64,000 bases of DNA from Amoebophrya sp. A120 (lineage: Eukaryota; Protista; Dinoflagellata): NCBI GenBank assembly GCA_905178155.1, contig CAJINV010000009.1, positions 1,299,907-1,363,906 of the forward strand, written 5' to 3'. Shown here in pieces: positions 49,499 to 60,345 of the stretch (position 1 is the first letter of the stretch; each line of letters starts with the position of its first letter). The translations under genes were made by a program, and so were the position numbers. The notes below the pieces were generated by a model that saw only the letters and a list, made by a program, of their open reading frames with translations, was not told the DNA's origin and made no database searches.

Positions 49499-50785
49499 AT
49501 GCCGGTTCGAGTTCCGCAAAGTTTCGCTTCATGCGTGTTGTGGAATGTTCTGGCAATTGTGCTGACTTGCAATAATTTAATGCCTTTCATCACCTGCACG
49601 ACAAATGCACCCTTCTGCGCCACCGTCACCCCCGCAGCAGCTGTGAGATTGACTTCAACAGTCGGCGATGGGGAGGGATCTTTCGCCAGGAAGATAAGCG
49701 ATGTCGGCAGTAGCAGAGTTTCGAGCTCCAGTAGCGTTGGCGGAACAACGACGGTCGGCACCAATTACAACGTGTCGAGGACCTATTCAGAGTCCACAGC
49801 GCGCGATTCCGAGCCTGGAGAACCTTTTCCGGAGCAAGATGTGGGAGTGTTGGACGCAGTGAGTAGAGCGGACGAGGGGAGCACGGCGCCGCTAGCCCTT
49901 CCGCGTACCGTCACGCAGCCCAAGAAAAGTTCCGAAATCGACACGATGGAACTGGTTGACAATGGGGAAAAACTAGTATACGGGGGAAACATTTCCGATC
50001 GTCTTGTACTGCCCGCGCCGGAAAAAAAAGTAAAACCCACCCCGGTCGTTCTGTGCGAGAAGAAAAACACTAGCCGTGATCACGATAAGGTCGTGGTCGC
50101 AGATCTCCTGATTCCGCGATCCGGCAGCTTCTTGCCTGACCGCGCGAATTCGTTATCGTCCAGCTGTTCCACTGCGACGCCGGAGAGCAGTTATGCAAGC
50201 ACGTGCGTGACGCCCCTCTCGGCGCTGCTTGACATACGGCAATGGGAGGAGGATTCAATGGAAGAACCGGAACCAGAAAAGGGACCTGTGGAAAAGAGCC
50301 CGGGTTTGGGTGCAGCAACTTCAGCGCGTCCTGGAAAAAGCTCTTCCGCAGCTTTCGGAGCCGCACCATCTCCGACGACCGCAGCAGCACCATGGAAGGA
50401 GAAGCACAGTGCAACATGGCCGGGGAGCAGTAGAAGTACTAGTAGCAGCGTGCCACGCCAGGGTGCGGGAGGCAGCAACGCAGGGAAAAATAAGCCCAGG
50501 CGCAAAGGTGGGGGTCTAGCGCTTGAAAAACCCATGCCAACTGTAACGGAGCAGAGAGTGATTACGCGCTCGGATGAAAATAGCGGCGACCGGATAGTCG
50601 TCCAGGTGATCGACTCTCCTTCCGTGGAGCTTTTTCGGCGGAAAAGAGACCCGACCTCGGGAAAAAAAGTAGAAGAACCAGCGGGACATGTTTACATGCG
50701 ACCCTGGGATGAGCAGCGTGAGTATGGGACGATGGTGTATTCCCGGCTCGAGGAGCCGACAAGGGGGACACAGGAATCCGCTTGA
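49499..50785 (+). CDS. Hypothetical Ser/Thr/Pro-rich protein
   Basis: A 428-aa ORF co-oriented with its block; no domain recognised. Confidence 0.6.
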   Translation: MPVRVPQSFASCVLWNVLAIVLTCNNLMPFITCTTNAPFCATVTPAAAVRLTSTVGDGEGSFARKISDVGSSRVSSSSSVGGTTTVGTNYNVSRTYSESTARDSEPGEPFPEQDVGVLDAVSRADEGSTAPLALPRTVTQPKKSSEIDTMELVDNGEKLVYGGNISDRLVLPAPEKKVKPTPVVLCEKKNTSRDHDKVVVADLLIPRSGSFLPDRANSLSSSCSTATPESSYASTCVTPLSALLDIRQWEEDSMEEPEPEKGPVEKSPGLGAATSARPGKSSSAAFGAAPSPTTAAAPWKEKHSATWPGSSRSTSSSVPRQGAGGSNAGKNKPRRKGGGLALEKPMPTVTEQRVITRSDENSGDRIVVQVIDSPSVELFRRKRDPTSGKKVEEPAGHVYMRPWDEQREYGTMVYSRLEEPTRGTQESA

Positions 50786-51352
50786 CTGTGAGGGTTTACG
50801 GCGTTATTTGCAACCGGGTAATTATGCAACGAATGAAGTAGAGATGGTTAGTACTTATTACTTGAGAAGATCCACATGCAGTAGCAATGGCGATTCTCCG
50901 CTTCACGATCTGCCGCTGAAAGGCAAGACTTATTTCTAAATTGGAATACAGTTTGGTTGGTTTTCAAAATGCATATGTTGAACGAGTTATGATTTCTGCA
51001 AGTAGGGCAGCCGAATAAGAACAAGAGCAGATCGTGTGCGCACGTTGAACTTTTGTTTGTCAGAAATTTAAATCTGCAGTGTTTGGTGGATCGTCGTGCT
51101 TTTTGATGAAAATGCAATCGACGCGCAATTGAGCCAGTTCTGCTATCGTTGGTGCCGGAGTTCTGTTATGGTTCCTTTGTTCTTCTCGAGTTCTGCCGAT
51201 ATCTTTGGATCCATCGTGAAATGCCTGATTTACAAAGCGGGGCGACCGCCAGTTCTTTACTTTTTCGTTTTCGGTCATATTTTCTCAAAACCTTTTCTTT
51301 TCTCTCGCTCCTAGTTTTTCCCGTACACCTTGGATCTTGTACGGCCCAAAAG

Positions 51353-54300
51353 ATGCGGCTTTATCCGGGCCTGGCGCTGTTGCTCTCGCCCAAATGCGTC
51401 GCGTCCACCAAGAGTTTATCCAGCCATGAGCAGATCGTGAACATTCTGAAGCAAAGTTCCAAAACGGCGCAACCCACCGGCGCCGGGGATGCAATGGCAA
51501 ATGTCTCAACCAGGGTACAGCAGTTGGTGTCGCTGTTGCAGCAGCTAGAAGGGGAGCTTGACCAGGAATTCCAGTCCGCGCAGAAGGCCTACGACAAGCA
51601 ATCCTGTAGCCACGAGGACTATCCAAGAAAAAAAAACTGCGTTAGGGTGAATTTCTTCGAGTGACAGCGTGCTAGATTTCTTCTGCGTGACACAGAAGGC
51701 CGGCCATTCACCGACAGTTCGTGAAAACACTTTAACTGTATTGCACGCTTTTGACTAGAAACTTTCACTTACGCAGTTTTTTTTTCCTGCATAAACACAC
51801 TATCGCCGGGGCAAAAGGTGCGATCAAAGAGGCGGAGATCGACATCGATAGGCTGGAAGAAGTGATCCAAAAGAACGTGGCTGATATCGGTACGACGTTT
51901 TTGTGTTATGCTGTAGTTCTGACTGAGATGTAATGCTGAAGCTCTTCCTTGACATCAAAGCAGCTGGCGGGCTCAGTGGCCGCAGATTTACTTAGATTCT
52001 GCTAAGCATGCGGACGCAGATGCGGCAATATGAATATTTAAATCACTTACAACAGCTGTCTACAAGGGCAAGATAAAAATGGAAGAAAACAAGATTGCAG
52101 AGAAGAAGAAAGCCATTGAGGACGCGATTGCCCAGAGAACGGAAGAGCATGGCGAATACGCTGATACCGTGAATGAGTTCGAAGCCGCCATCTCTTCAGC
52201 AAACATGGCTTACAACGTACATCCACTTTTGTTTTAAAAAGTTTCGGTCAGTTCTTTGGTTTCCACATCTGGTTGCGAGCTACGGGGGTATAAAGTGGCT
52301 CATTTCATCTGTCTGTGAGTGTTAAAATCTGAGAGTGATATTTAAAATCACAACCTAAACTTTTCTCTCCCAGGTCCTTTCGGAGGCACAATCCGGTGCG
52401 CGCACCACGACCGCAAAGGCTGCGGACTACAGTTTGCTCTCTAAAGCGTCTTCCTCCAAAGATCTGTTCCAGAACCTAAAGAAGGCGATTGCCCTCCTTC
52501 CCGTGGGCAGCAGGAAGCTGACCCCGAGCCGCGTGGAGGCGCTGTCTGAGTTTGTGGATGAGAAGATTAACACTGGGGACAAGAAGGCGCTGCTCCAATT
52601 CGGCCCGGGCTCGGCGAAAATTCTCGGCATTCTGAAGGACATGCGCGGTGAGTACACCGCGAAGTTGCAAGGCCTGCAGGAGGCGGAGCAGAAAGCCGCG
52701 ACGGCGCACGTGCACTTCGTGGAGAAGATATCCACAGTAAATTTGCCGTACACGTACAAATGCAGTCTCTCCATGACAAAACTTGCCTTCAATCCTAGTC
52801 TAGCATGACAAGTCGGACACTGCAAGTTGGCGAAATTTGTCATGCATTTTGTACATGTGCGGGAAATTTACATTGCATAGAAGACCAACAAAATGATCGA
52901 CGCCCTGATCAAGTCGAAGGAAGCGCACGAGGCGAAATTGTCCGAAACGGAAGCCGCGGAAGAGAAGCACCGCAACGAGAAGGCCGCTGCGCAGGACGCT
53001 CTGAAGGAAAACCAAGTGCTTTTAAAGGACACAACAGAGGCGTTCCGCGAGTTGTCCCGGTTGTGGGCCGACACCAGTGCGAAGCACACTTCGGAAATGA
53101 CGGGTCTAGGCAAGGCGATCGAATTGCTGCTCAAGCAGGGACAAGTCGGCACCATGATGATCGACAAGGAGAGGATTGCGCTCATGCAGACCGGTATTTA
53201 TTGAGACTGGTGTTTTTCTCAAAGTTAAGGAGTAGTTGTAGGTACTAGCGATTTCCATGATCTTTCAGCAGGTGAAGCAGAAGCTGCTGGTGTACAACTA
53301 TTTGGTCTGAGCAGCACAAAATTGTTCTTGGAGTGCCCAACATCTTCGAAATGTTGCCAATCTAAGTACCCTCTAAATCAAAATCAAACCCAGCTTCCGC
53401 GGTTGTCGCCTCGGACACGTACGACACGGCCTTCAAGAAGATTGTTTGGGCCATCGAGGATATGGTCGAGGTCCACAAGGCGGAGATGGCGGAGAACCTG
53501 GAGAAGAAGCAGACCTGCCAGGATTCCATCGCCGGCACGGACTCCGCGGAGCGCAAGCGCCTCGCCAAGATCGACAGCATCAAGTCCAGCAAAGCCAAGG
53601 CCGAGGGAGAGAAGGGCGAGACGGAGGACAGTAAGGAGAAGGCGGAAAAGGAAAAAAAGGCGGCGGAGGACGAGACCGCGAAGGGGCAGGGCGAGTGGGA
53701 AACCGCGCGCGACGCCCGGGCCAAGGAGATTGGCGAGCTCGAAGAGTCGATTTCGCTGATCGCCGGCGCGATGCGCAGTCTGACGGAAAACGACCCGAGC
53801 GGGAGATTCAAGAACGTCATCGCCATCCTGGTCATGGTTTCCGACGAAGCGAAGGCAGAATTCAAGGAGGTGTCGAAGGCCAAGGCGGATGAAGAGGAGG
53901 CCTGGGTCAAGGAGAAAAAGGTCCTGTACGACCTGATCCAATTGAAAATCGAGCTACGTCCTGGGAAAATTTGATCCAGAGTCAAAGTTCTTGAAGTTCT
54001 CTTTTGCATGAAAAGCATGTAACTAACGGAGAGGACGCGAGCTAGCTTTTGTATCGTGTCAGTTCTCTTTTATACGCCCTTGGTAGATAAACGAGACACA
54101 TTGGCATGCTAGCATGTTGAAACTTTACTGAGCCGTTTTCACCAGAGTTTTGACTCGAGTTTTTCCCACGACGCTGACAAATTGAGCAGATGGAGAAGAC
54201 CATTACGAAACTTGAAGGCGAGATCGCCCGTTTGGACGAAAAGCTGAAGAAAACGGAGGCCATGGAGCGGCCGTCCACGGAGGAGTGCGAGACGTTTTTG

Positions 54301-54441
54301 GAAGAGTTCCAGGGAAAGCAGGATGGCCTGACCAAGGAGATCGAGGACCTGGATTACGCCAAGGCCGAACTCGGGGGCTGGACCAACCAGTCGGTCGAGG
54401 CGCAGCACTTTGACGCAGCGGAGGTTGCGCCAGAACCGTGA
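51353..54441 (+). CDS. Multi-exon Glu/Lys/Ala-rich coiled-coil protein with a signal-like N-terminus
   Basis: Starts MRLYPGLALLLSP. Helical exons are joined by three GT-AG introns (e.g. 51890-52055) and three TIR-type introns. Confidence 0.75.
51620..51793. mobile_element. TIR-type non-canonical intron (174 bp), degenerate 5-bp repeat AGGAC/AACAC
   Basis: TIR tatccaagaaaaaaaaactgcgt vs tatgcaggaaaaaaaaactgcgt. Removing the element plus 5 nt gives SHED-TIAGAKG. Confidence 0.8.
52729..52879. mobile_element. Introner family D (151 bp), TSD GAAGA
   Basis: TIR tatccacagtaaatttgccgtacacgtacaaa vs tatgcaatgtaaatttcccgcacatgtacaaa. GAAGA lies at 52724-52728 and 52880-52884. Removal gives FVEK-TNKMIDA. 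Confidence 0.92.
53955..54178. mobile_element. Non-canonical intron with partial TIR and a 9-bp direct repeat
   Basis: cgtc(c/g)tgggaaaa is inverted near both ends. AAATCGAGC (53946-53954) matches AAATTGAGC (54179-54187). Removal gives LKIE-QMEKTI. Confidence 0.65.
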
Positions 54442-54695
54442 AGGGCGTTTGTTTAGCTCTCTTTGCTCACTCTGAATACTTGGGGCCACAGTGACGTGCT
54501 GTCTAGTTGTTTCCCCGTTTCACCGCACGAAGCTGTCGTGCCCCCGTCTACTGGAGGTGCGCCTCATAGCTGCGAATAAATTTTGATAACATTCTATGTT
54601 GTTTCTGACGGTAATTTTGCGATTGCGGCGTACTTTGAATTTTCAAAATAATGCACAATTTTCATGAAAAGCAAAATGCAGTTTTCGGTTGTATT

Positions 54696-54905
54696 CGTCA
54701 TCACCTCAGTTTTTCTACGCGTGTTTTTTTTGTCATCGGATATAGCAACAGACCTTTTTATTTACATCGGATATTAGCATTCAACCTAGGAGTTCACATC
54801 GGATATTAGCAGATCACAAACCCTAAAACTTGATTGATATAGCATGAAGGTCGTATTTTGTCATCGGATATAGCCTCGAAAAGATCGCAAAAACTGAAGA
54901 TGACG
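54696..54905. mobile_element. Intergenic MITE-like relic with internal CATCGGATAT(T)AGC repeats
   Basis: cgtcatcacctcagttttt and aaaaactgaagatgacg form inverted ends, enclosing 4-5 motif copies at roughly 33-bp spacing. Confidence 0.55.
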
Positions 54906-56083
54906 CGATGCTGTGGCTGCTTTGCTACGAAAAAAAATGATCGGAAAAAAAGTCCAGGAACAGAATTCACGATAGCTCCGCGAAGTTTCAGCTCAGAAAA
55001 CAGCTTTGAATGATTGTATACAAAGGATGCAAGAAAGTGAGCCGAGCACGAGAGTCAGACAGATTCAAGTCATCAAGATGAGCACGACGGACTAGAGTCG
55101 ATTCGGAATCCGCGTGTTTTCACCACCATTTAGAGGCAATCGGCGAGTTTCAGCGACTTCGCGTAAGTCATACGGCTTCTGCGATGTAGTAAATTACACA
55201 GACACGGCGATCTCAGGAGTGTAATAACGACATGCTGCGATAAAAGCTTTCAATTCTGATGGTTTTAGCGAATCCCGCGCATTCCCAGATGCACTATTGA
55301 TTGATTGATTTGAGATCAGCTGGGTTCTTGGAAATTTTGAACGTAGTATTGCACAAGAAAATAACGGTGCGTGCCGGTGTCTTTTTTTCAGAACCTGGTG
55401 GTGAGAAGAGTAACGCTTTACGCTTGCAAAAAAACACAGCGGTGGAGGAAACGATGGGAGAGTAGTTACTTCCCAAGTTTTTTCGTTGTGTAAAGTTTAG
55501 CCGGGTTTTTTAAAGCCCCTGCAAGCTTGCTTTCTTTGCAGGCAAGATAATGACATGAAGCTACATTTTTTTTGTCCATTATAGAAAACAAAGAATAGTG
55601 CCGTTCAACATTGAAACGTTACAAAGGCTTCCGACTAGTCAGACCCTCAAGCAATGGAAGGAATGTGATATGTACACGTAGCCAAGCGCAATATAGTGCG
55701 AAGTTCGTAGTCGTCAGTTTTTTTGGAACAATCTTCATCTTCCTTCGGGAAATTATATAAGGAACGTTCTTCGCTAGACAATATCGTGTACTTAGCACAC
55801 CACTGAATTGATGGACGCTTGAGTTCAATTATAAAGCAGGTGGTAAAATAAACACCAGGGCACCGACGACTCCAAAAGGTCCAGATGTGAAGCAAACGGC
55901 CGACGGATTTTTTTTTCGCAGCAAATTTGATTTTCTTCATTCTGCAGTGCGACGTGATTACAACCGCAGACACGAGGACACTGAGGCGAACTTCTCCGTA
56001 TTCTTCCTTTCATGAGCATTACATCGACACTACAACAAGGACGAGAAACACATTATTAGAATCAATCACAGCAGGAGCAGGAG

Positions 56084-59000
56084 GTGGTTCTTAACAAGCG
56101 CGCCGAAATTATGACGCTGGGCGGAATGGAGTCTGTCTGCGAAGGGAGCGTTCAGCTGCTCAAGCAGACCCGTTCGGATTTTATCGTCCATATTGGTGTA
56201 TTCTCCGTAGATTTTCGACGAGAAGAACTTGAAATTTTAGCTGCTGAGCTTCATCTGGACTTCGTGGCGGAATGTTTTTCTAAGGATAGCAAGAATGCGC
56301 AGCAGCCGCAGTGCGCCTCATTAAAAGATCGGCACCACAACCGCAAAAAGATGCTGAAAGCCGTTTCGGAACTATCAAAAGTATGGGACAGCGAAGGTCT
56401 ACCAGTGAAGATTCTGGTTTCGCGGAAGCAGACGAGTAACAACGGACAGAGCCAGACGTCTCGCAACACCTGCACCCGGAATAGTAAATCACCTGTAGAC
56501 ATCATTGCAGTCGTCGCAAGTCGACAGCAGGCCGTCGAGATTGGTTTCTTCTGTGTGCAGGGCACACAGACGGTCCTGGGTCTCGCGAAGATCCAGGAAG
56601 TGTACAATCGCCTGCGGGGCTGTCGACTGTCGACCAAGCTTTTTCGTCGCCGCGTGGAGGTGGTGGTCCCGGTGGCGGCTTTGCAGCGCAACGTTTTTGT
56701 GCGGCCGCACGAACTGCACGACACCACTCCTCCGTCCAGTACGTGCGCGAGCAGCACCAGTTCTGGCGGCGACGCCAACACCGGTGGGCACACTGCGGCT
56801 CCCCCGGACGAGCACTCCGAGAATCAACATCGCAGGAGCACTACTTGCGACACCCGAGCCAGTTCCACGCATAGTGCGGCGCACAGTGAGAGGCGTGAAA
56901 CGCACTTTCACAGCGCGGATGGGAGCAGCCGTATTTCCGTAGGTGATGAAAAGGGCGTCATTGTCGCGGATGTTGAAAAGGAGATGAACAGAGATTCCAG
57001 TGACAGGTCGACGCCTTTGCACGAACCGAGTCTGCGTTTAGCGCAACTGGAGGAGCAGCACCGCTCGGAAAAGTTTTCCGTTTCCCACCCCGTATCGTGT
57101 GGAACCTTGGACAGTAGATACAGCCCGCACGCAACGCTGCGCCACAACGCCGCGGGAGTTGCTTCCGAGAGGAATAGTAGCTGGACCACTGCTCCTGCTG
57201 ATCAGGATGCTCGTCGGCAATCGAGGCATAATTTCAGGGGCGAAGTATCACAGCAAAACTTGCTCCCGCGAACCACCAACGTGGAGTCGCTCTTTGAGTA
57301 CTGGTTGGAAGTGGAAAGCAAGTCGGGGGCGCTTGAACCAAACGAGTGGTTTTGCGTGTCAGATGAGGAGACGGGGGAAGCCATCGGGTTGCGGCGTTTT
57401 CAGATGGACCTGTGGGGCAAGCGTTTGCAGGACTGCACCGTTTTCGCGAACAACGTCGTCGCACCGATTTCTTTCTCGTCCATCTCTGCCAACAAAAGTC
57501 TTCTGGCCCAGACCAGTGCGAACTTCAAGTCGCAAAAGCAAAGTACTAAACACGTGCACAACAATTCGAAAACGCACTACGAAAGCTGCGGTTTAGCGCC
57601 CCCGGCCATGTCGCTGCGGCACGGGCTCCGCTGGACCTTGGACGGGAAGCGTGTGCAGACCGAAACGTTTCAGAGGTTTTACGGAAATCGCACGAATTCT
57701 GCATTTTTCTCGGCGGCGCCGGGCCCGCACGGACGCCGTGGTGCAGCTGCTGACGGCAATCAGGAGGAGGTTCCAGTCGTTGTGTACTCCTTGAGCTTCT
57801 CGTTGGCAATGAAAATGAAGTTGGGCACTCTGAGTGGGCGCCGTGTGGCGCCGGAGAAACAGAACAAGGTGAACCGCAGGAAGAACTTAGCATCAACCGC
57901 CGCAGGTCCCAGCTGTATGGGTTCTACGAGCAATGTCACGACCTCCTGCAGTAGCAAAATTCGGACCGGTGTGCTCGGTTCCCTGGAGGAGTGGAAGCGT
58001 CACAACCAGCGGACAAGTGCGGTGTCAGTGAAGAACACCTTTTACGACTTCCATGACGCAACCTGTTACAACAACCCGAGCGATCACGGGATGGAGACGG
58101 CGCTCGTAGATGTTGAGAGGCCGAATTTTCGTGCGGCCGCGGCGAACCGGAGCTGCAGCACGCCAGCGCGTTTTGTGTACAAGGAGAGTATGTTCGCCGC
58201 CAACGGGGAATCCGATCGGGATCCGCTCTGCGTGTGGTTCCAGCAGCAGACCTCCTTTCTGGCGGTCCGCACCGTGCTGCTCTCGTCCCGGAAGGTGTTC
58301 TACGAGTATCCCCCACCACAGATCGCCTTCGACCGCACTACCGGGTTCAAGCAGTGGGTGCACTCGCACATCCACTTCATTCTTTTCGTCGTCAAGGTGC
58401 TTCAAATGCCCGAACTGTTCCTGCTGCTCTGGAAGGCCGGATTCCAACCCGTCGCCAACCTGACCTTCCCCTCCATCTCCAACGCGGCCAAGGCCTGGAA
58501 GGAGGCGTGTGCGGAACTGCTCCTGCTACAGAAGGACCGAAAAAGCTGCATCGACATATGCGAACAGAACAGCCCCGCTCGGGCGCGAAAAGACGACGGA
58601 AAAAGTTCTTGTCCAAACAAGACTGGGTGCTGGAACAAAGAAAAACAAGTGACAGAGGAGAGTTCGTTACAGTCTCGCATCCTGGCCGTGCAGAAGCGCA
58701 TGCGGTCGCAGGGCCTGGAGCCGATCAACCGGGAGTTCTGGTGGAATATGGACGCCCAGATGATAATATCAAATGTAAAAATGTCTGGGTCTGGAAGAAT
58801 GCAACTTGTCATGCTAGAGCTGAAGCATGCAAAAATTTGTGTATCATGAGTGCCAAAAGCTGTCCACTTCCGACCAAGTTGGGAGGGAGTTTCTCATGCA
58901 GGATAGGCATGAGGGAGACCTCCCAGACTCAGTCATGCTAGGTCCCGCATTCCAGACCTCAAGGGTCATGGAAAACCTGCATGACAAGTTCACACTCTTC

Positions 59001-60345
59001 CAGGCCCAGACACTTTTGCATTTGATAGATAACCGGGGTGCTGCACGTCACGCACGCACCGCATCTGTTGCGGAGCGGGTACTGTCAGGAGGGCGAAATA
59101 ACCGAATGCAACAGTTCGGTTCTTTCGGAGGAGGACCACGAACTACTAGAGGAAGACAACCTTGGTCCAACCACAGCAGCACCGAGCAACTGTGAAGATA
59201 TTGAATCCAGTGGGGTGGAAAACAAAAGAGTTGTACTAGAGCGGGACGATGATTTTGAACCCGTGGACGGTCGCGATGAAGGAGACATGTTGATACAGAC
59301 GACGACAAGTGAATCGACTTTCACTTTCGGGGGCGCACTTCATCGACGCAGGAGCAGAAAAAGCTCCTGTGATCTTCATCATGCCGTGCATGCAGACGGC
59401 CACCTGTCCGACGATGCTGGTGACGCGGACGCCTCCGGGGCCGCGCCGGGAATAATGAGGACACGATCCTCGCCACCCAGCGAGGAGAGGAGAACAAGAC
59501 AGGAAGTGGGCAAGGACGACCTTGGCACAAACATGCCCACCCCCAACGGAGCGTACTACGCAGGCCGGAGCAGCGCGGGGGAGAAGCGGGACAGAATCGA
59601 ACTGCGGTACACCAACGGCAACCACGTCAAGAATGGACAACACCGCAATTTATCAACCAGCACTTCTGGGAACGACGATGCAGGCGCTCCGTCGGGGCAT
59701 CGTGGTGCTCGCTCGAGGTGCTCTAAACCGCGAGGACAGGAGCAGGAGGGGCAAGCAAGCCAGCAAGTAGTTGATGGAACTACAACGCGGAAGCACCGCT
59801 CTAGCCAACGGCCCGCCCAGCCGCTCCTGGAGCGGCACGCCATCGTGACAGACGTCGCCCAGGCGACCCACTCGCGGCTGCTGCGCGGGATTCCGGAGCA
59901 CGTGTCGGTGCGGTTCATTCTGCGGAAGGTGGGCGAGGGGTTGGAGGCGGTCCACAAGGCGTACGCAGACCTGAAAACGCACAATGCGATGTACGTGCCT
60001 CTGGTCGACGACGAGGACGATGACGGGAACACTTCGGCCGACAAAAGTCCGCGCGGACAGCAGTCCGGAGGGGCCTCGCAACAGCCCGCCAAGCCCGCGG
60101 GCCCGACCACCGCACAGATTACAAGTTTTCGGGAGAAGGGCTTCCACGAGGGGGTTGAAATCGAGTACCACCGGCGGCGGGAGGCGGGGCGCGCCGGGCT
60201 GCTCTGCACGAAAAAAGAGATCGCAGACTCGTTTTCGGTTTTCATGGACGAATTCGGCAACATTTACTACATATGCGGTAAAAACTTTTACTCGAACAAC
60301 CCCTTTTTAGGTGGACTATCCAAAATGGGCTTTTTAAGCTGTTGA
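56084..60345 (+). CDS. Large hypothetical protein (~1330 aa) with a VKNTF motif; exons 56084-58766 and 59033-60345
   Basis: The 921-aa and 435-aa ORFs join in frame (DAQMI-TGVLHV) after removal of introner A copy 3. Contains VSVKNTFYDF and RxxSxP motifs. The true start may be the ATG at 56111. Confidence 0.8.
58767..59027. mobile_element. Introner/MITE family A, copy 3 (261 bp), TSD GATAA
   Basis: TIR tatcaaatg(t/c)aaaa(a/g)tgtctggg(t/c)ctggaaga. GATAA lies at 58762-58766 and 59028-59032. The interior aligns with copy 1. Confidence 0.95.
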
